Shown here: positions 1-10,419 of the stretch, piece after piece | Numbering within the stretch: position 1 is the stretch's first letter | Layout of the letters: every line of letters starts with the position of its first letter | Origin: an uncultured Anaerolineae bacterium | GTDB taxonomy: Bacteria; Chloroflexota; Anaerolineae; SpSt-600 | Assembly (NCBI GenBank): GCA_964655275.1 | Contig: CAZZMI010000002.1 | Location: 1-55,658 of the forward strand | Length of the DNA stretch: 55,658 nt | Reading direction: 5' to 3' | Made by a program: the position numbers and the translations under genes | The notes under the pieces: model-generated | The model's database searches: none | What the model was told of the DNA's origin: nothing | The model's input: the letters and a program-made list of their open reading frames with translations, nothing else

Positions 1-14
1 TCGACAGAAATTTC

Positions 15-848
15 TTAGCTTGCCGCGCGCTTCAGGGCTTCATAAATGGCCAAGATGTTGGCTTTATGGATGGGCTCCCCCATTGTCCCCATGGCAAGAG
101 ACGATTTACCAAACTCCTCCAGCTTTATCTTGAAAAGGCTCTCTGGCGGACGCCTACGATTTATAGCTTCTGAAACCTTCGCCTTCAGCTTCCGAAGATA
201 ATTAATGTTGGAATCTATCATCTCCGCGATCTCCCCTTTGAGGAGAACCCCCCCATGCCCCTGAACCACATAATCCAAATTAAGGTGCTTCAAAGCCTCC
301 AGAGAGGCAATGCTGAGATCCACATCCCCTTCCGTCACCAAGGGGATCGGCATAAGGAGATCGCCAGCAAAGAGGGTTCTTTCTTCCTGAATGTAAACAG
401 CTATAGAATCGTAAGAGTGGCCGAAGAGTTCAAAAAGGTGGAGGTTGAAACCACCAATCTTTATGCTCATACGACCTGAAAAAGTAATTGAGGGCAAGAT
501 AATGGAGGCCCCTTCAAGCTCGGAATAGAGGCTTTTGGCTTCTGCCAGTTTCCTGGCACCCTCCTTTAAAAGCATGCTCCTGGTTTTCCTGTGAGCAATA
601 ACTTCAGCACTCTCCAGCAAGTAGCTCCCAAGGGTATGATCGGCATGGTAATGGGTTAAAATGAGGTACTTTATCCCTTCCGGGCACTCCTTGAGGACCT
701 CCTTCTTTAGTTCCAGAGTCTCGGAAGGGAACGGCATAGTATCTATGACCACTGCCCCTTCCGGTGTGACCACAAAGCCCGCCGTGACTTCGTAATAGAG
801 GTCACTGATGAAAGCGTAAACATGATCAGAAACTCTGTCCTTTATCAC
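15..848 (-). CDS. MBL-fold metallo-hydrolase
   Basis: 277-aa ORF. Beta-lactamase-fold HxHxDH zinc motif is present as 'THYHADHT'. 4-nt overlap with the upstream gene (845-848). Confidence 0.8.
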   Translation of the reverse strand: MIKDRVSDHVYAFISDLYYEVTAGFVVTPEGAVVIDTMPFPSETLELKKEVLKECPEGIKYLILTHYHADHTLGSYLLESAEVIAHRKTRSMLLKEGARKLAEAKSLYSELEGASIILPSITFSGRMSIKIGGFNLHLFELFGHSYDSIAVYIQEERTLFAGDLLMPIPLVTEGDVDLSIASLEALKHLNLDYVVQGHGGVLLKGEIAEMIDSNINYLRKLKAKVSEAINRRRPPESLFKIKLEEFGKSSLAMGTMGEPIHKANILAIYEALKRAAS

Positions 849-3800
849 TTTCCTCCCTCCCCTTTTCTCTGTTCAAGCTGATTTATGAAGCTCTCAAGAA
901 TAGGCCTGTCAGCAGGAGGGGCAAGTCTCAAGGCCTCTTTAGCCTCATCTATGGCTTGCTCAATAAGGCCCATCTGGTAGTAAAGGAGGGCAAGGTTCCT
1001 GTGGGTTATGTAATCGTTGGGAGCTAACTCCAAAACCCTTTTGTTGACTTCCACTGCCTTTTCCAGCTGCCCCATTTGAGCATATACAAACCCCAATGCA
1101 CTGTAAGCCTGGGGAAGATTGGGCGAAATTTCCAAGGCCTTCTCGTAAGCCTCTGCCGCCTTCTCCCATTGCCCCATCATCCGATAACAGTCCCCAAGTA
1201 AGAGCCAGGTCTGATCGTATAAGCTATCAAGGGCCAACGAGTGCTGAACGGTTTCTAAGGCCTTGTCCATCTGCCCTAACAACATATACACCAGAGCTTT
1301 CTCGTTATGGAGATGAGCAGTGTTTGGACTCAGGCGAGTAACTTGGTTGTAATAATCCAGAGATTTCTGCAAGAACTCTTGCCTCCTCTGGGGATCAGCA
1401 GAAAGGTCAGCCCAGTTGCGGTAAAGGCGAGCCAGGTTAGCGGTGTGGTCCTGGTTGTAAGGGTTGAGGTTGCGGGCCTGGATCAGAACCTCTTCGGCCT
1501 CTTCAAGTTTCGCCTCCCTTTGAATAGGATCCTGGATGGTCTTGGCTTGCTCCAAAAGCGCGCGGCCCAGGAAAAGGTAGAAGTAATCCTCCGAAGGGGC
1601 AAGTTTTACCGCCTGGGAGTGGAAGCGCACGCTCTCACCCCACCGCCCCATATTGTCAAGGGAAAAGCCCTGCTTGTAGACAATGTCAGCCTTTATGATG
1701 CTCAGGTTGGTGGCATAGATGAGCACAGGCACGATTACGAGGCTGATCAGGGCAACTGGAACCGCTGCAAGGGGGCGGTTAGCTAAAGGCGAAGGCAATG
1801 GGTATTCCCCCAGCAGGGAAAATCCTTCCAGCAGGATAAAGGCAAAGACCGTGACATAGAAATAGCTTATGGTATTGACCACATTTTTCCCAAGGATCAG
1901 GTTGGAAGCATGGTAAAGGCCGAAAATAAGGGGAAGGGTTGAAGTTACGCCGAAGTAAATGAGGAAAGCCATCAACATTGAACCATAGTCCGGCTTCTCT
2001 CTCCCCAAAGCTGTCCTTGAGGCTACCAGTATACCGCTTACAAGCCAGGTGAAGAAGAAGAGCCAGAACATAGCTAAAGAAACCACCGGGCGCCCCTGGC
2101 TCAGCCTGTAAGTCAGGGAAGTTATAAGGATGGATACGGGATCGGTTTTGCCCAGCTGGTTTGTGGTGTAATCAAAGAGCATGGTGCAAATGACGAAGGC
2201 CACAAGGATGGATAAGGATAAAGCGAAGGCCCAGGGAGATGATTCCTCAATATGCGGCGTAAGCTGGAGGCGGGATTTCTTGCCTTTATGCTGAGGGATA
2301 AGCGCAGGCCTCTCAACAGCCAGCTGTCCTGTGCCCAGAGTTACCATGACCGCCAAGAGAAGCCAGAAATAGGTGCGAGTGGCTGCTATGGCTATGCCGA
2401 AGTGAATTTCAATGAAATGGGCGATAAATGTGGCCAGTAAAGCTACCAGGAGCATGGCCCTGGAGTCCAGAGCTCTTTGCTTTTCCTCGTAAGCGGTCAT
2501 GGCAAAATACATGGTGTAGAGAGTAAGGCCTGCTATTATCCCCGTAGGAATACCTACTCCCGCGAACCGCCAGCTCCTTTCCACAAGGTAAGGGATTATG
2601 AGCCCCAGGAATCCCCCGCCTGCCATAAAGCCCAGGAACAGGGCTTTCCTCCTCTCGTCCGGGATGAAGCCGAGCCACCGGAGACCGTAATAGAAGATGC
2701 CTCCGAATAGGGTTATGTAGACAAAGAAACCTATAAGGCCTGTGTTTACAAGAGCATCAAAAGTCTCATTGTGGGAACGGTCGGGGGAGGCAGTGCGGGA
2801 TTCGTAATGGGCAAGGTCTGGAGGATAAAAGGGGGTGTAAGCCATATGCATCGTTTCGGGGCCATAGCCTATAAGAGGACGCAGTAAATTCAGGGGGTCA
2901 TACCCCCCCGTAGGTGACCAGATGGGCTGGTGGGGGAGGATAAGCCTGACAGCACCTTCCCAGATAAGAACCCTCACTTTACCTGTCCCTCCCCCTATCT
3001 CAAATACCTGCCCCAGTCGGCCTATGTATGGCAATTGTTTTAGCGGCTCAAGGGGAGTATGAGGCAGGTTAAAGACTATGAGGAACAAAATGCCAAGAAT
3101 TGTATGGAAGACCCAGCTGAGCCAGAGCCAGCGGAACCCCTTTCTTAAGAAAGCCATAACCCCATAAGCAGGCAATATGCCCACCGGGATGCTGGCAATT
3201 GAGAAGAGCGCAGCCTTTCCCAGTTCCTCCTTTTTAACGGGCCCCGGTTCAGCCTGGTTCCGCATTGCCACAAGGATGATAAGCATAAAAGCATAGAGGC
3301 CTCCAAGAAGCCCTACCCATGGGCCACGGCTCTGGCTGAAAAATACGCACATGACCTGAACAATGAGGGCAAAAAGGTACACTCCCCCCGCTATAGATTC
3401 TATTGTGCCCTTAGTTCCTTCTTCCCTCAGCAAAAGGCCCATGGACTTTATCACCCTCTCCAGGGTCAGGAAGAAAACCATTATGAGGTAAGCAGCAACA
3501 AAGATAGCGTTCCCCATGTTAGAGGCCACACGCCTTGTCACATCTCCACCCCAGGGCAGCGGATCTTTCCCCATGTGCTGAATTATCCCGTAAATGGAGA
3601 TGGGTATGCTGGTGATTATGATCACGCTGATGAGCCGCTCCAGCTGTTCCCGACGTTTAAGGTGCATCAGGGTGATGAAGAAAATAACGATGTATGAGAG
3701 GGTGGTGTAAGTCCCCTGGAGACGCTGATATGAACCCCAGAAGCTTATCCTGGGGCAAATGGAAGTTGCGGTAGATAGAAGGTAAACCCCTGCCAGGAGC

Positions 3801-4054
3801 AATGTGGGTATGACCAGCGGTGTTTCTCTGAGCCACTGAACAAAAGGTTTATCCAGGTGCAAACCCTCATCGGCCAGCTTTATCAGCCATATGGCCACCA
3901 TCGCCAGGGAGATAGACCGCAGGATACTGAGTTTATCAGGCTCAAAGACCCGCTGGGAGTAAATGTTGAAGAACAAGGGCACAACAATTGCGGCTATGAG
4001 CCATCCAGCTTCAAGGAGTTTCTCGCACAAAACCCCAACTTTGCTTCTTCTCAC
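845..4054 (-). CDS. Polytopic membrane protein, O-antigen ligase/polymerase-like, fused to C-terminal TPR repeats
   Basis: 1069-aa ORF. About 800 aa of repeated hydrophobic helices are followed by about 270 aa of tandem TPR units (e.g. 'AYSALGFVYAQMGQLEKAVEVNKRVLELAPND'). Confidence 0.65.
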   Translation of the reverse strand: MRRSKVGVLCEKLLEAGWLIAAIVVPLFFNIYSQRVFEPDKLSILRSISLAMVAIWLIKLADEGLHLDKPFVQWLRETPLVIPTLLLAGVYLLSTATSICPRISFWGSYQRLQGTYTTLSYIVIFFITLMHLKRREQLERLISVIIITSIPISIYGIIQHMGKDPLPWGGDVTRRVASNMGNAIFVAAYLIMVFFLTLERVIKSMGLLLREEGTKGTIESIAGGVYLFALIVQVMCVFFSQSRGPWVGLLGGLYAFMLIILVAMRNQAEPGPVKKEELGKAALFSIASIPVGILPAYGVMAFLRKGFRWLWLSWVFHTILGILFLIVFNLPHTPLEPLKQLPYIGRLGQVFEIGGGTGKVRVLIWEGAVRLILPHQPIWSPTGGYDPLNLLRPLIGYGPETMHMAYTPFYPPDLAHYESRTASPDRSHNETFDALVNTGLIGFFVYITLFGGIFYYGLRWLGFIPDERRKALFLGFMAGGGFLGLIIPYLVERSWRFAGVGIPTGIIAGLTLYTMYFAMTAYEEKQRALDSRAMLLVALLATFIAHFIEIHFGIAIAATRTYFWLLLAVMVTLGTGQLAVERPALIPQHKGKKSRLQLTPHIEESSPWAFALSLSILVAFVICTMLFDYTTNQLGKTDPVSILITSLTYRLSQGRPVVSLAMFWLFFFTWLVSGILVASRTALGREKPDYGSMLMAFLIYFGVTSTLPLIFGLYHASNLILGKNVVNTISYFYVTVFAFILLEGFSLLGEYPLPSPLANRPLAAVPVALISLVIVPVLIYATNLSIIKADIVYKQGFSLDNMGRWGESVRFHSQAVKLAPSEDYFYLFLGRALLEQAKTIQDPIQREAKLEEAEEVLIQARNLNPYNQDHTANLARLYRNWADLSADPQRRQEFLQKSLDYYNQVTRLSPNTAHLHNEKALVYMLLGQMDKALETVQHSLALDSLYDQTWLLLGDCYRMMGQWEKAAEAYEKALEISPNLPQAYSALGFVYAQMGQLEKAVEVNKRVLELAPNDYITHRNLALLYYQMGLIEQAIDEAKEALRLAPPADRPILESFINQLEQRKGEGGK

Positions 4055-5019
4055 CTTACCTTCTCCTTAAACCATTTGATTGTCCTGTCTAAACCCTCTT
4101 CCAGTGATACTTCGGCTTTGAAGCCCAGGATTTTTTCAGCCCGCGAAGTATCGGGACGGCGCTTCCGCGCTTCTTCAAAGCCAGGGCCATAGGCTTCATC
4201 GTAAGGGATAAAGGTGATGGGCGACTGGGAGCCTGTTTTCTCCTTTATGATGCGAGCCAGTTCCAGGATGGAAACCTCTCTCCCATTGCCAATGTTAAAG
4301 ATTCCCCCCACAGCCTGGGGCAGGGTGGCAGCTAAAATGGTCCCCCGCACAGTATCGCTGACGTAGGTGAAGGAACGGGTCTGGGAACCATCTCCGTAAA
4401 CGGTTATTGGTTTGCCTTCAAGGGCCTGGGAGATAAAACGGGCAATCACGCTCCCATATCCTCTGGGGTCAAGGCGTGGACCGTAAGCGTTGAAATATCG
4501 GACAATGGACACTTCCAGGCCCAGGCGGTAGTAGGCCAGGGCCATGTGTTCATCCAGGCTTTTGGAAAGAGCATAGCACCAGCGGGAAGCCTCCGGCGGG
4601 CCAAAGACACCGTTATCCTTTTCCCTGAGCCGGGCCTTCCGATTTTTCCCGTAAACTTCGGAGGATGAAGCTACCAGAACCCTCCTGCGGTAGCGGTGGG
4701 CAAACTCCAGCACCAACTCTGTCCCCAACAAGTTAACCCTTATCGTCCTCAGAGGGTCCCGGAGCACATAGTAAACTCCTACAACGGCCGCCAGGTGGTA
4801 AATTACATCGCTTTCCTTTACCAGGCTTTCCACCAGGGAAGCATCAGTTACATCGCCTTTGACCAGGCGGAAAGAGGGGTTTGAAAGGTTATGGGCTATG
4901 TTTTCCTCTTTGCCCTGCGAAAAGTCATCCAGAACCACTACTTCATAACCTTGAGCCAGAAGCCCATCTACCAGATGAGACCCGATGAAGCCTGCGCCGC
5001 CAGTTACCAGGGCTCTCAT
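4051..5019 (-). CDS. NAD-dependent sugar-nucleotide epimerase/dehydratase (extended SDR, UDP-glucuronate decarboxylase-like)
   Basis: 322-aa ORF. Rossmann motif 'GGAGFIGSHL' and catalytic YxxxK ('YALSK'). Confidence 0.8.
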   Translation of the reverse strand: MRALVTGGAGFIGSHLVDGLLAQGYEVVVLDDFSQGKEENIAHNLSNPSFRLVKGDVTDASLVESLVKESDVIYHLAAVVGVYYVLRDPLRTIRVNLLGTELVLEFAHRYRRRVLVASSSEVYGKNRKARLREKDNGVFGPPEASRWCYALSKSLDEHMALAYYRLGLEVSIVRYFNAYGPRLDPRGYGSVIARFISQALEGKPITVYGDGSQTRSFTYVSDTVRGTILAATLPQAVGGIFNIGNGREVSILELARIIKEKTGSQSPITFIPYDEAYGPGFEEARKRRPDTSRAEKILGFKAEVSLEEGLDRTIKWFKEKVR

Positions 5020-6392
5020 TCTTTTTTCCTCAAATCCGGCTCAGTGTGAATTAAAATTCGGCTGGCTGAGGGAAGCTGTTGCCTTATTTTCCTTTCCAAC
5101 TCCTCGGCTATGCGGTGAGCCTCTTCCACCGATTTTGACCGATCAACGGTCAAGTGCAGGGAGATATGGTAATTTTGCCCGTGTCTGTGGATTTGAACAG
5201 AGTGGACTCCTTGCCCTCCAATTTCCTTAATCAATTTTTCCACAAACTTACGGCCAGAAGGGGCAACAGGTTGGGATGGATTTTCGTTCTCCAGGTAAGG
5301 TTCTATGTGGGTTATAATATTAGTGCCAGGCTCAATCTCTGAGGCCAATCTCTCTTCAAGCTTACTTATCTCTTCATGGGCTAAGTCAAGAGGCCAATCG
5401 GCAGGAACTTCCAGGTGCATTTCCAGTATTTTATTGTTTCCATTCTGGTGGAAACTGAGACTGTGGGCTCTCAGCCCCGTTTGAGAAGCCAGAGCCTGAA
5501 CTTTCTCGTATAAGCTTTCCTCCCTTGCTACCGGCTCCGTATGGACTACCACATCCCCTTCCGGTAAGAGAGAATGGATGGCCTCTTCTACCTCCCGGGC
5601 GATGGCGTGGCTTTCCTCAAGGGAAGAACTCCTTTTTATCCCTATCTCAATGTCAAGGAAGATCTTGTTTCCGGCTCCCCTGGCCCGGACCCTGTTAACA
5701 GCCAGCACTCCCGGAACCGAAAGGGCTCGCTGCGAAATTTTTTCCACAAGACCTTCCGGAGTGCGATCCATAAGGGTATTTATAGCCTCACGGCTGAGGC
5801 GAATTCCCGCCACCATCACTAAAGCCGCTACCACCAGGGCAGCAACAGGGTCAGCCCACTCCATTCCGAACCTGGCTATAACCAATCCCAGCAGGACCAC
5901 CATGGAGCTGAAGATATCGCTCGTATAGTGCAGGGCGTCGGCTTTGAGAGCCTGGCTCTGGTATTTGTTAGCAGTTCGGGTCAGGATAAAGCTAAGGGAA
6001 GAGGCCACCAACACCGACAGGATCATTACCCCCAGGGAATAGTTTGTGACCCTAAAGTTCGCCTCCTTACCCGTAAGGCGAGCAATAGCTTCCTGAATGA
6101 TCCAGGCGGAAGTCAGGAGGAGCAGGAAAGTCTCAGCCAGAGCTGAAAGACTTTCAGCCTTGTAATGTCCATAGTGGTGGGTTTCATCCGGGGGTTTATC
6201 TGCTATCCGGACGGCGAAAAAGGCCATCAAAGCTGCGGCTAAATCAAGGCCAGAGTGGAGAGCTTCGGATAGAATGCCCAGACTACCGGTAATTAGCCCC
6301 ACAATCAATTTGAGCCCCGTTAACAAACCTCCCCCGATAACGGAGGCCAGAGCTACTTTCTGTTTTTCCATAATAGCCTCCGGATTTTTCAA
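5016..6392 (-). CDS. Cation diffusion facilitator (CDF) metal efflux transporter with three tandem C-terminal cytoplasmic domains
   Basis: 458-aa ORF. TM region has HxxxD metal-site motifs ('HSGLD','HYTSD'). Three modules of about 70 aa end in 'VVVHTEP', 'IITHIEP' and 'ILIHTEP'. Confidence 0.8.
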   Translation of the reverse strand: MKNPEAIMEKQKVALASVIGGGLLTGLKLIVGLITGSLGILSEALHSGLDLAAALMAFFAVRIADKPPDETHHYGHYKAESLSALAETFLLLLTSAWIIQEAIARLTGKEANFRVTNYSLGVMILSVLVASSLSFILTRTANKYQSQALKADALHYTSDIFSSMVVLLGLVIARFGMEWADPVAALVVAALVMVAGIRLSREAINTLMDRTPEGLVEKISQRALSVPGVLAVNRVRARGAGNKIFLDIEIGIKRSSSLEESHAIAREVEEAIHSLLPEGDVVVHTEPVAREESLYEKVQALASQTGLRAHSLSFHQNGNNKILEMHLEVPADWPLDLAHEEISKLEERLASEIEPGTNIITHIEPYLENENPSQPVAPSGRKFVEKLIKEIGGQGVHSVQIHRHGQNYHISLHLTVDRSKSVEEAHRIAEELERKIRQQLPSASRILIHTEPDLRKKE

Positions 6393-7744
6393 ATCCCCAT
6401 AATGATTTTAGCTATGAGCAGGTATATAAGCAAGCCTGTTCCGTCTACCAGGGTGGTGACAAAAGGAGCTGAAAGGACTGCCGGATCAAGGCCAATTCTG
6501 GCCGCCACCATCGGAAAGAATGAGCCCACAAGGTTAGCCCAGATTATTATGCACATCTGGGCAACACCTACCGTGATGGAGAGGAGCAAACCGGATCCCC
6601 ATGTCATACCCCTTAGGAATCCGGCCAGGCCAATCCCCAACCCCAGGATAACCCCGATGGACAGTTCTTTCACAAGAACTTTCAACAGGTCTTTGAACTT
6701 TATATCGCCCAGGGCTATAGCTCTTATAATGGTGGAAGCAGCTTGAGAACCTGCGTTACCACCTGTGCCTATGAGCAGGGGTATAAAGAAGGTGAGAGCA
6801 ACCACTTTTTCCAGTTCTCCCTGGAAATACCTGAGGACGGTGCCTGTGTAAAGTTCAGCGACAAAGAGAAGCAAAAGCCAGACAAACCTCCTGCGGATTA
6901 TCGGGAAAACCTTTGCGTTAAGGTATGGCTCCCTCAAAGGTCCAGCACCACCCATAAGGTGGATGTCTTCCGTGGTTTCCTCAGCCACAACGTCCAGCAC
7001 TTCGTTGGCGGTTACCATTCCCAGGAGGTGACCCTCATCGTCCACCACGGGCAGAGCCAGAAGTTCGTAGCGGTAAAGGAGCCTGGCACACTCTTCCTGG
7101 TCGGCAAAGTGATCCACGTAAATAACATTGCGGTCCATCAGGTTCTCAATGCGTTCATGGAGGGCAGCGGTTATGAGTTTGCGCAGGCTTACAACCCCTA
7201 CCAGTTTTAGGTCCTTGTCAACCACGAAAAGGTAATAGATGACGTCTGAATCCGGAGCATAAAGGCGTATCTTTTCCAGGGCCTCCTCAACCGTCATTTC
7301 GGAGCTGAGGGTTATGGGAACCGGGATCATCCTGCCGCCAGCGGTGTTATCGGGGTAGCGGAGAAGCGGAGCTACTTCCTCGGCTTCTTTCATAGCTCTC
7401 AGAGCTTCGGCAGCTTTGCTCGGAGGCAGATCCCCTATAAGGTCAGCGGCATCATCAGGTTCCATCTCGTCCAGGATGCGGGCAAGGTCTTCGGTCCTCA
7501 AGCGGGAGGCAATGGCAAGGGCTTCTTCTTCCTCCAGCTCTTCCAGTATGTCAGCGGAAATTTCCGCATCCATCCTCGGAAGAATGGTTTCCTGTTGCTC
7601 CAGAGGCAGCTCCGAAAGGACTTCGGCCTGGTCTGGAGGACGGAGGGATTCCAGAACCCCAATGGCCGCTTCCCAGTTCCCTTCCTCAAGATGCTTCTTT
7701 ATCTTGCTGAGAGCTTCTTCCACAATGGCTTCCGGAAAAACCAT
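6389..7744 (-). CDS. mgtE: Magnesium transporter MgtE
   Basis: 451-aa ORF. Acidic N-domain, tandem CBS region, and a C-terminal 5-TM channel domain with 'GTGGNAGSQ'. Confidence 0.9.
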   Translation of the reverse strand: MVFPEAIVEEALSKIKKHLEEGNWEAAIGVLESLRPPDQAEVLSELPLEQQETILPRMDAEISADILEELEEEEALAIASRLRTEDLARILDEMEPDDAADLIGDLPPSKAAEALRAMKEAEEVAPLLRYPDNTAGGRMIPVPITLSSEMTVEEALEKIRLYAPDSDVIYYLFVVDKDLKLVGVVSLRKLITAALHERIENLMDRNVIYVDHFADQEECARLLYRYELLALPVVDDEGHLLGMVTANEVLDVVAEETTEDIHLMGGAGPLREPYLNAKVFPIIRRRFVWLLLLFVAELYTGTVLRYFQGELEKVVALTFFIPLLIGTGGNAGSQAASTIIRAIALGDIKFKDLLKVLVKELSIGVILGLGIGLAGFLRGMTWGSGLLLSITVGVAQMCIIIWANLVGSFFPMVAARIGLDPAVLSAPFVTTLVDGTGLLIYLLIAKIIMGI

Positions 7745-7833
7745 GACTCACCTCCGCCCTCTTTTTGCCTTTAAAATTATACACCTTTTTGAAGGCAATG
7801 GAGCCAGCGAAATTTTGCGCTCCTGTCTTTCCC

Positions 7834-7862
7834 TTGCCCTTTATTTGTTGTTGTGCTATACT
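7834..7862 (+). promoter_or_regulatory. Sigma70-type promoter for the metal ABC importer operon
   Basis: TTGCCC (7834-7839), 17-nt spacer, TGc-extended TATACT (7857-7862), 22 nt before the ATG at 7884. Confidence 0.5.
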
Positions 7863-7883
7863 CCCCTCACTGAGAGGTGGGAC

Positions 7884-8783
7884 ATGCCCAGGATCGTGGT
7901 TTTTCTGATTTTACTTCTGGCAAGTTGTTTTTCAAAGTCGGTGGATAAAGAAAGGGTCCGGGTTCTGGCCACAAATTCCATAATAGGAGATGTGGTCAAA
8001 GAGGTGGGGAAAGGATCTGTTGAGCTTTCCATCCTCTTACCGCCAGGGGCTGACCCCCATTCCTTTGAGCCTTCACCTCAAGATATGGTCAAAGCATCCC
8101 AGGCCCGCATAATTTTCATCAACGGAGCTGGATTGGAAGAGGTTTTCTTTAAGCGCCTGGTGGAAAGCGCATCGCCGGAAGCCATTATTGTGGACCTCTC
8201 GGAAGGGATAGAGCTCTTGCCCTATGAAGGCGAGGAGGAAGGGGAACACGAGCATGAGGTTGACCCTCATATTTGGCTTGATCCTACAAATGTCATCATT
8301 TGGACCCATCATATTGCCTCAGCTTTGGGGGAAGCAGACCCTCAAAATGCCGATTTTTACCGACAAAATGCCCAGGATTACGAGAAGAAACTTCTGGAGC
8401 TTGATGCTTGGATAAAGGAGATGGTGAAGAGCATACCGCCGGAACGGCGCAAACTGATCGTGGATCACTTGGCTTTGGGGTACTTTGCCAAGCGTTATGG
8501 GTTCCAGCAAGTAGGGGCTATTATCCCTGGTATTACAACGCTCGCTGAACCATCAGCACAGCACATCGCCGAATTATTGGATTTAGTCCGGAGGGAAAAA
8601 GTGCCAGCTATCTTCGTCAGCTCTTCCGTTAACCCCAAGTTGGCTGAACAGTTGGCTAAGGATGCAGGTATAAAAGTGGTGTTCCTCTATGTAGGGTCCC
8701 TCTCTCAGCCGGGAGGTCCTGCTCCAACTTACCTTGAACTCATGCGTTATAATGTTTCAGCCATAGTGGAGGCGCTGAAATGA
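7884..8783 (+). CDS. Metal (Zn/Mn) ABC transporter substrate-binding lipoprotein, ZnuA/TroA family
   Basis: In-frame ATG at 7884 inside ORF 7416-8783. Lipobox-like 'LLLASC'. Acidic/His-rich loop 'EGEEEGEHEHEVDPH' is typical of Zn-specific members. Confidence 0.8.
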   Translation: MPRIVVFLILLLASCFSKSVDKERVRVLATNSIIGDVVKEVGKGSVELSILLPPGADPHSFEPSPQDMVKASQARIIFINGAGLEEVFFKRLVESASPEAIIVDLSEGIELLPYEGEEEGEHEHEVDPHIWLDPTNVIIWTHHIASALGEADPQNADFYRQNAQDYEKKLLELDAWIKEMVKSIPPERRKLIVDHLALGYFAKRYGFQQVGAIIPGITTLAEPSAQHIAELLDLVRREKVPAIFVSSSVNPKLAEQLAKDAGIKVVFLYVGSLSQPGGPAPTYLELMRYNVSAIVEALK

Positions 8784-9595
8784 TGCCCTTTGCATGCAAG
8801 GGTCTTGAACACAGAACGGGGATCCCAGTCCTGGATTTAAAAGGGGTTACTGTTCGCTATGGTGAAATTACGGCTTTAGAAAGGATCTCCTTCTCCCTGG
8901 AAAAGGGGGATTTTGTGGCCTTAGTGGGGCCAAATGGCGCTGGCAAGAGCACGCTTTTTAAAGTGATGGCAGGGCTCATAAAGCCTCAGGAAGGGGAAGT
9001 AAAAGTTTACGGTTATGAGCCAAGAGGCCATATCTGCATAGCCTACATCCCCCAGCGCAGCGAAGTGAACTGGAATTTCCCCGCCACAGTATCTGATGTG
9101 GTAATGATGGGACGCATAGCGAGGCTTGGACCTTTTATGTGGCCCCGGAAGAAGGATTGGGAAAGGGTCCATGAAGCCTTAGAGATAGTGGGCCTTGCAG
9201 AGTTAGCCCACTACCCGATAAGGGAGATATCAGGGGGGCAACAACAGAAAGCTTTCATTGCCAGAGCGCTGGCTCAGGAAGCTGAGCTTATGCTCTTAGA
9301 TGAGCCCTTTAACGGCCTGGATGCCCCCTCTCAGGAGGAGATACTTCAGGTGCTTAAAGAACTCAAAGACCGTGGAGTAACCATCATCATCGCCACCCAT
9401 GATTTGGAAATGGCTGCCCAACATTTCAACTTAGTGATGCTTATAAATCGCCGTCTCCTGGGCTTTGGTTGCCCGGAGGCTGTTTTTACCCCCCAGCTCC
9501 TCAAGCAAGCTTACGGGGGCCACCTCCAGTTCCTCCAAACCCCCGAAGGCTTCAGCATAGTGGGTGATACCTGCTGCAGTCAGGGGCAGCGATGA
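8780..9595 (+). CDS. Metal ABC transporter ATP-binding protein (ZnuC-like)
   Basis: Walker A 'GPNGAGKST', signature 'ISGGQQQK', Walker B 'LMLLDEP'. ATGA overlap with the upstream gene. Confidence 0.85.
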   Translation: MMPFACKGLEHRTGIPVLDLKGVTVRYGEITALERISFSLEKGDFVALVGPNGAGKSTLFKVMAGLIKPQEGEVKVYGYEPRGHICIAYIPQRSEVNWNFPATVSDVVMMGRIARLGPFMWPRKKDWERVHEALEIVGLAELAHYPIREISGGQQQKAFIARALAQEAELMLLDEPFNGLDAPSQEEILQVLKELKDRGVTIIIATHDLEMAAQHFNLVMLINRRLLGFGCPEAVFTPQLLKQAYGGHLQFLQTPEGFSIVGDTCCSQGQR

Positions 9596-10416
9596 TGGAT
9601 TTAATCCTTGCACCCCTCGCATACCCCTTTATGGTTAGAGCCCTGGTGGCTTCAGCTATTGCGGGGATTGTGTGCGGCGTGATGGGCAGTTATGTCCTGT
9701 TAAGGGGAATGACCTTCCTCGGAGATGCCCTGGCCCATTCAATCCTTCCGGGTGTAGCCATAGGTTACCTGTTAGGGAAAGGGGCTAAAGGCCCTGTCCT
9801 TTGGGGGGCTATTATCGCTGCCATCTTGGCTTCCCTGGGGATCGGGGCTTTGAGCAAGCAAACCAAGCTCCGGGAGGATGCTTCTATAGGCATAATCTTT
9901 GCCGGAATGCTTGCCCTCGGTGTAGCTATAATCTCTTCGGTAAGAAATTACGCCGTGGACCTTGCCCACTTCCTATTTGGGAATATCCTGGCTGTTTCTT
10001 GGGGAGATCTGGCCCTAATGGGAGGCCTCGGCGCGGCTGTTCTCCTTGTGGTAGCCGCTTTCTACAAGGAATTCATGGTGATAGCCTTTGATCCCATACT
10101 GGCCTCTACCCTGCGGATAAGAGCCGAGCTCCTCAATTACATTTTTCTAGTCATGATATCGGTCACAGTAGTGGTTTCCCTGCAAGCAGTAGGAGTGGCT
10201 CTGGCTGTGGCTTTGCTCATAACCCCCGCCGCCACAGCTTATTTCCTGGCTAAACGCTTGATAACCATGATGGCTCTTTCGGCCACCATAGGGGTAGTCT
10301 CGGGTGTTATAGGGCTTTACCTTTCTTACTACCTGGGCATGGCTTCGGGGGCTTCCATAGCCCTCGTTTCCACACTCCTTTTCCTCCTGGCTTTTACCCT
10401 CTCTCGCAAAACGTAA
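9592..10416 (+). CDS. Metal ABC transporter permease (ZnuB-like)
   Basis: 274-aa hydrophobic ORF. ATGA overlap with the ATPase gene. ABC-3 family-like sequence. Confidence 0.85.
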   Translation: MMDLILAPLAYPFMVRALVASAIAGIVCGVMGSYVLLRGMTFLGDALAHSILPGVAIGYLLGKGAKGPVLWGAIIAAILASLGIGALSKQTKLREDASIGIIFAGMLALGVAIISSVRNYAVDLAHFLFGNILAVSWGDLALMGGLGAAVLLVVAAFYKEFMVIAFDPILASTLRIRAELLNYIFLVMISVTVVVSLQAVGVALAVALLITPAATAYFLAKRLITMMALSATIGVVSGVIGLYLSYYLGMASGASIALVSTLLFLLAFTLSRKT

Positions 10417-10419
10417 CCT

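Noticed and set aside
7416-7883. A 156-codon N-terminal extension of the substrate-binding-protein ORF (7416-8783).
   Set aside because: The extension is antisense to mgtE and is Ser/Arg-rich and low in complexity. A promoter (7834-7862) and a lipoprotein signal follow the internal ATG at 7884.
7745-7883. An M-box riboswitch upstream of mgtE.
   Set aside because: The shared 139-nt divergent spacer is too short for an M-box plus promoter. I could not recognise conserved M-box helices.
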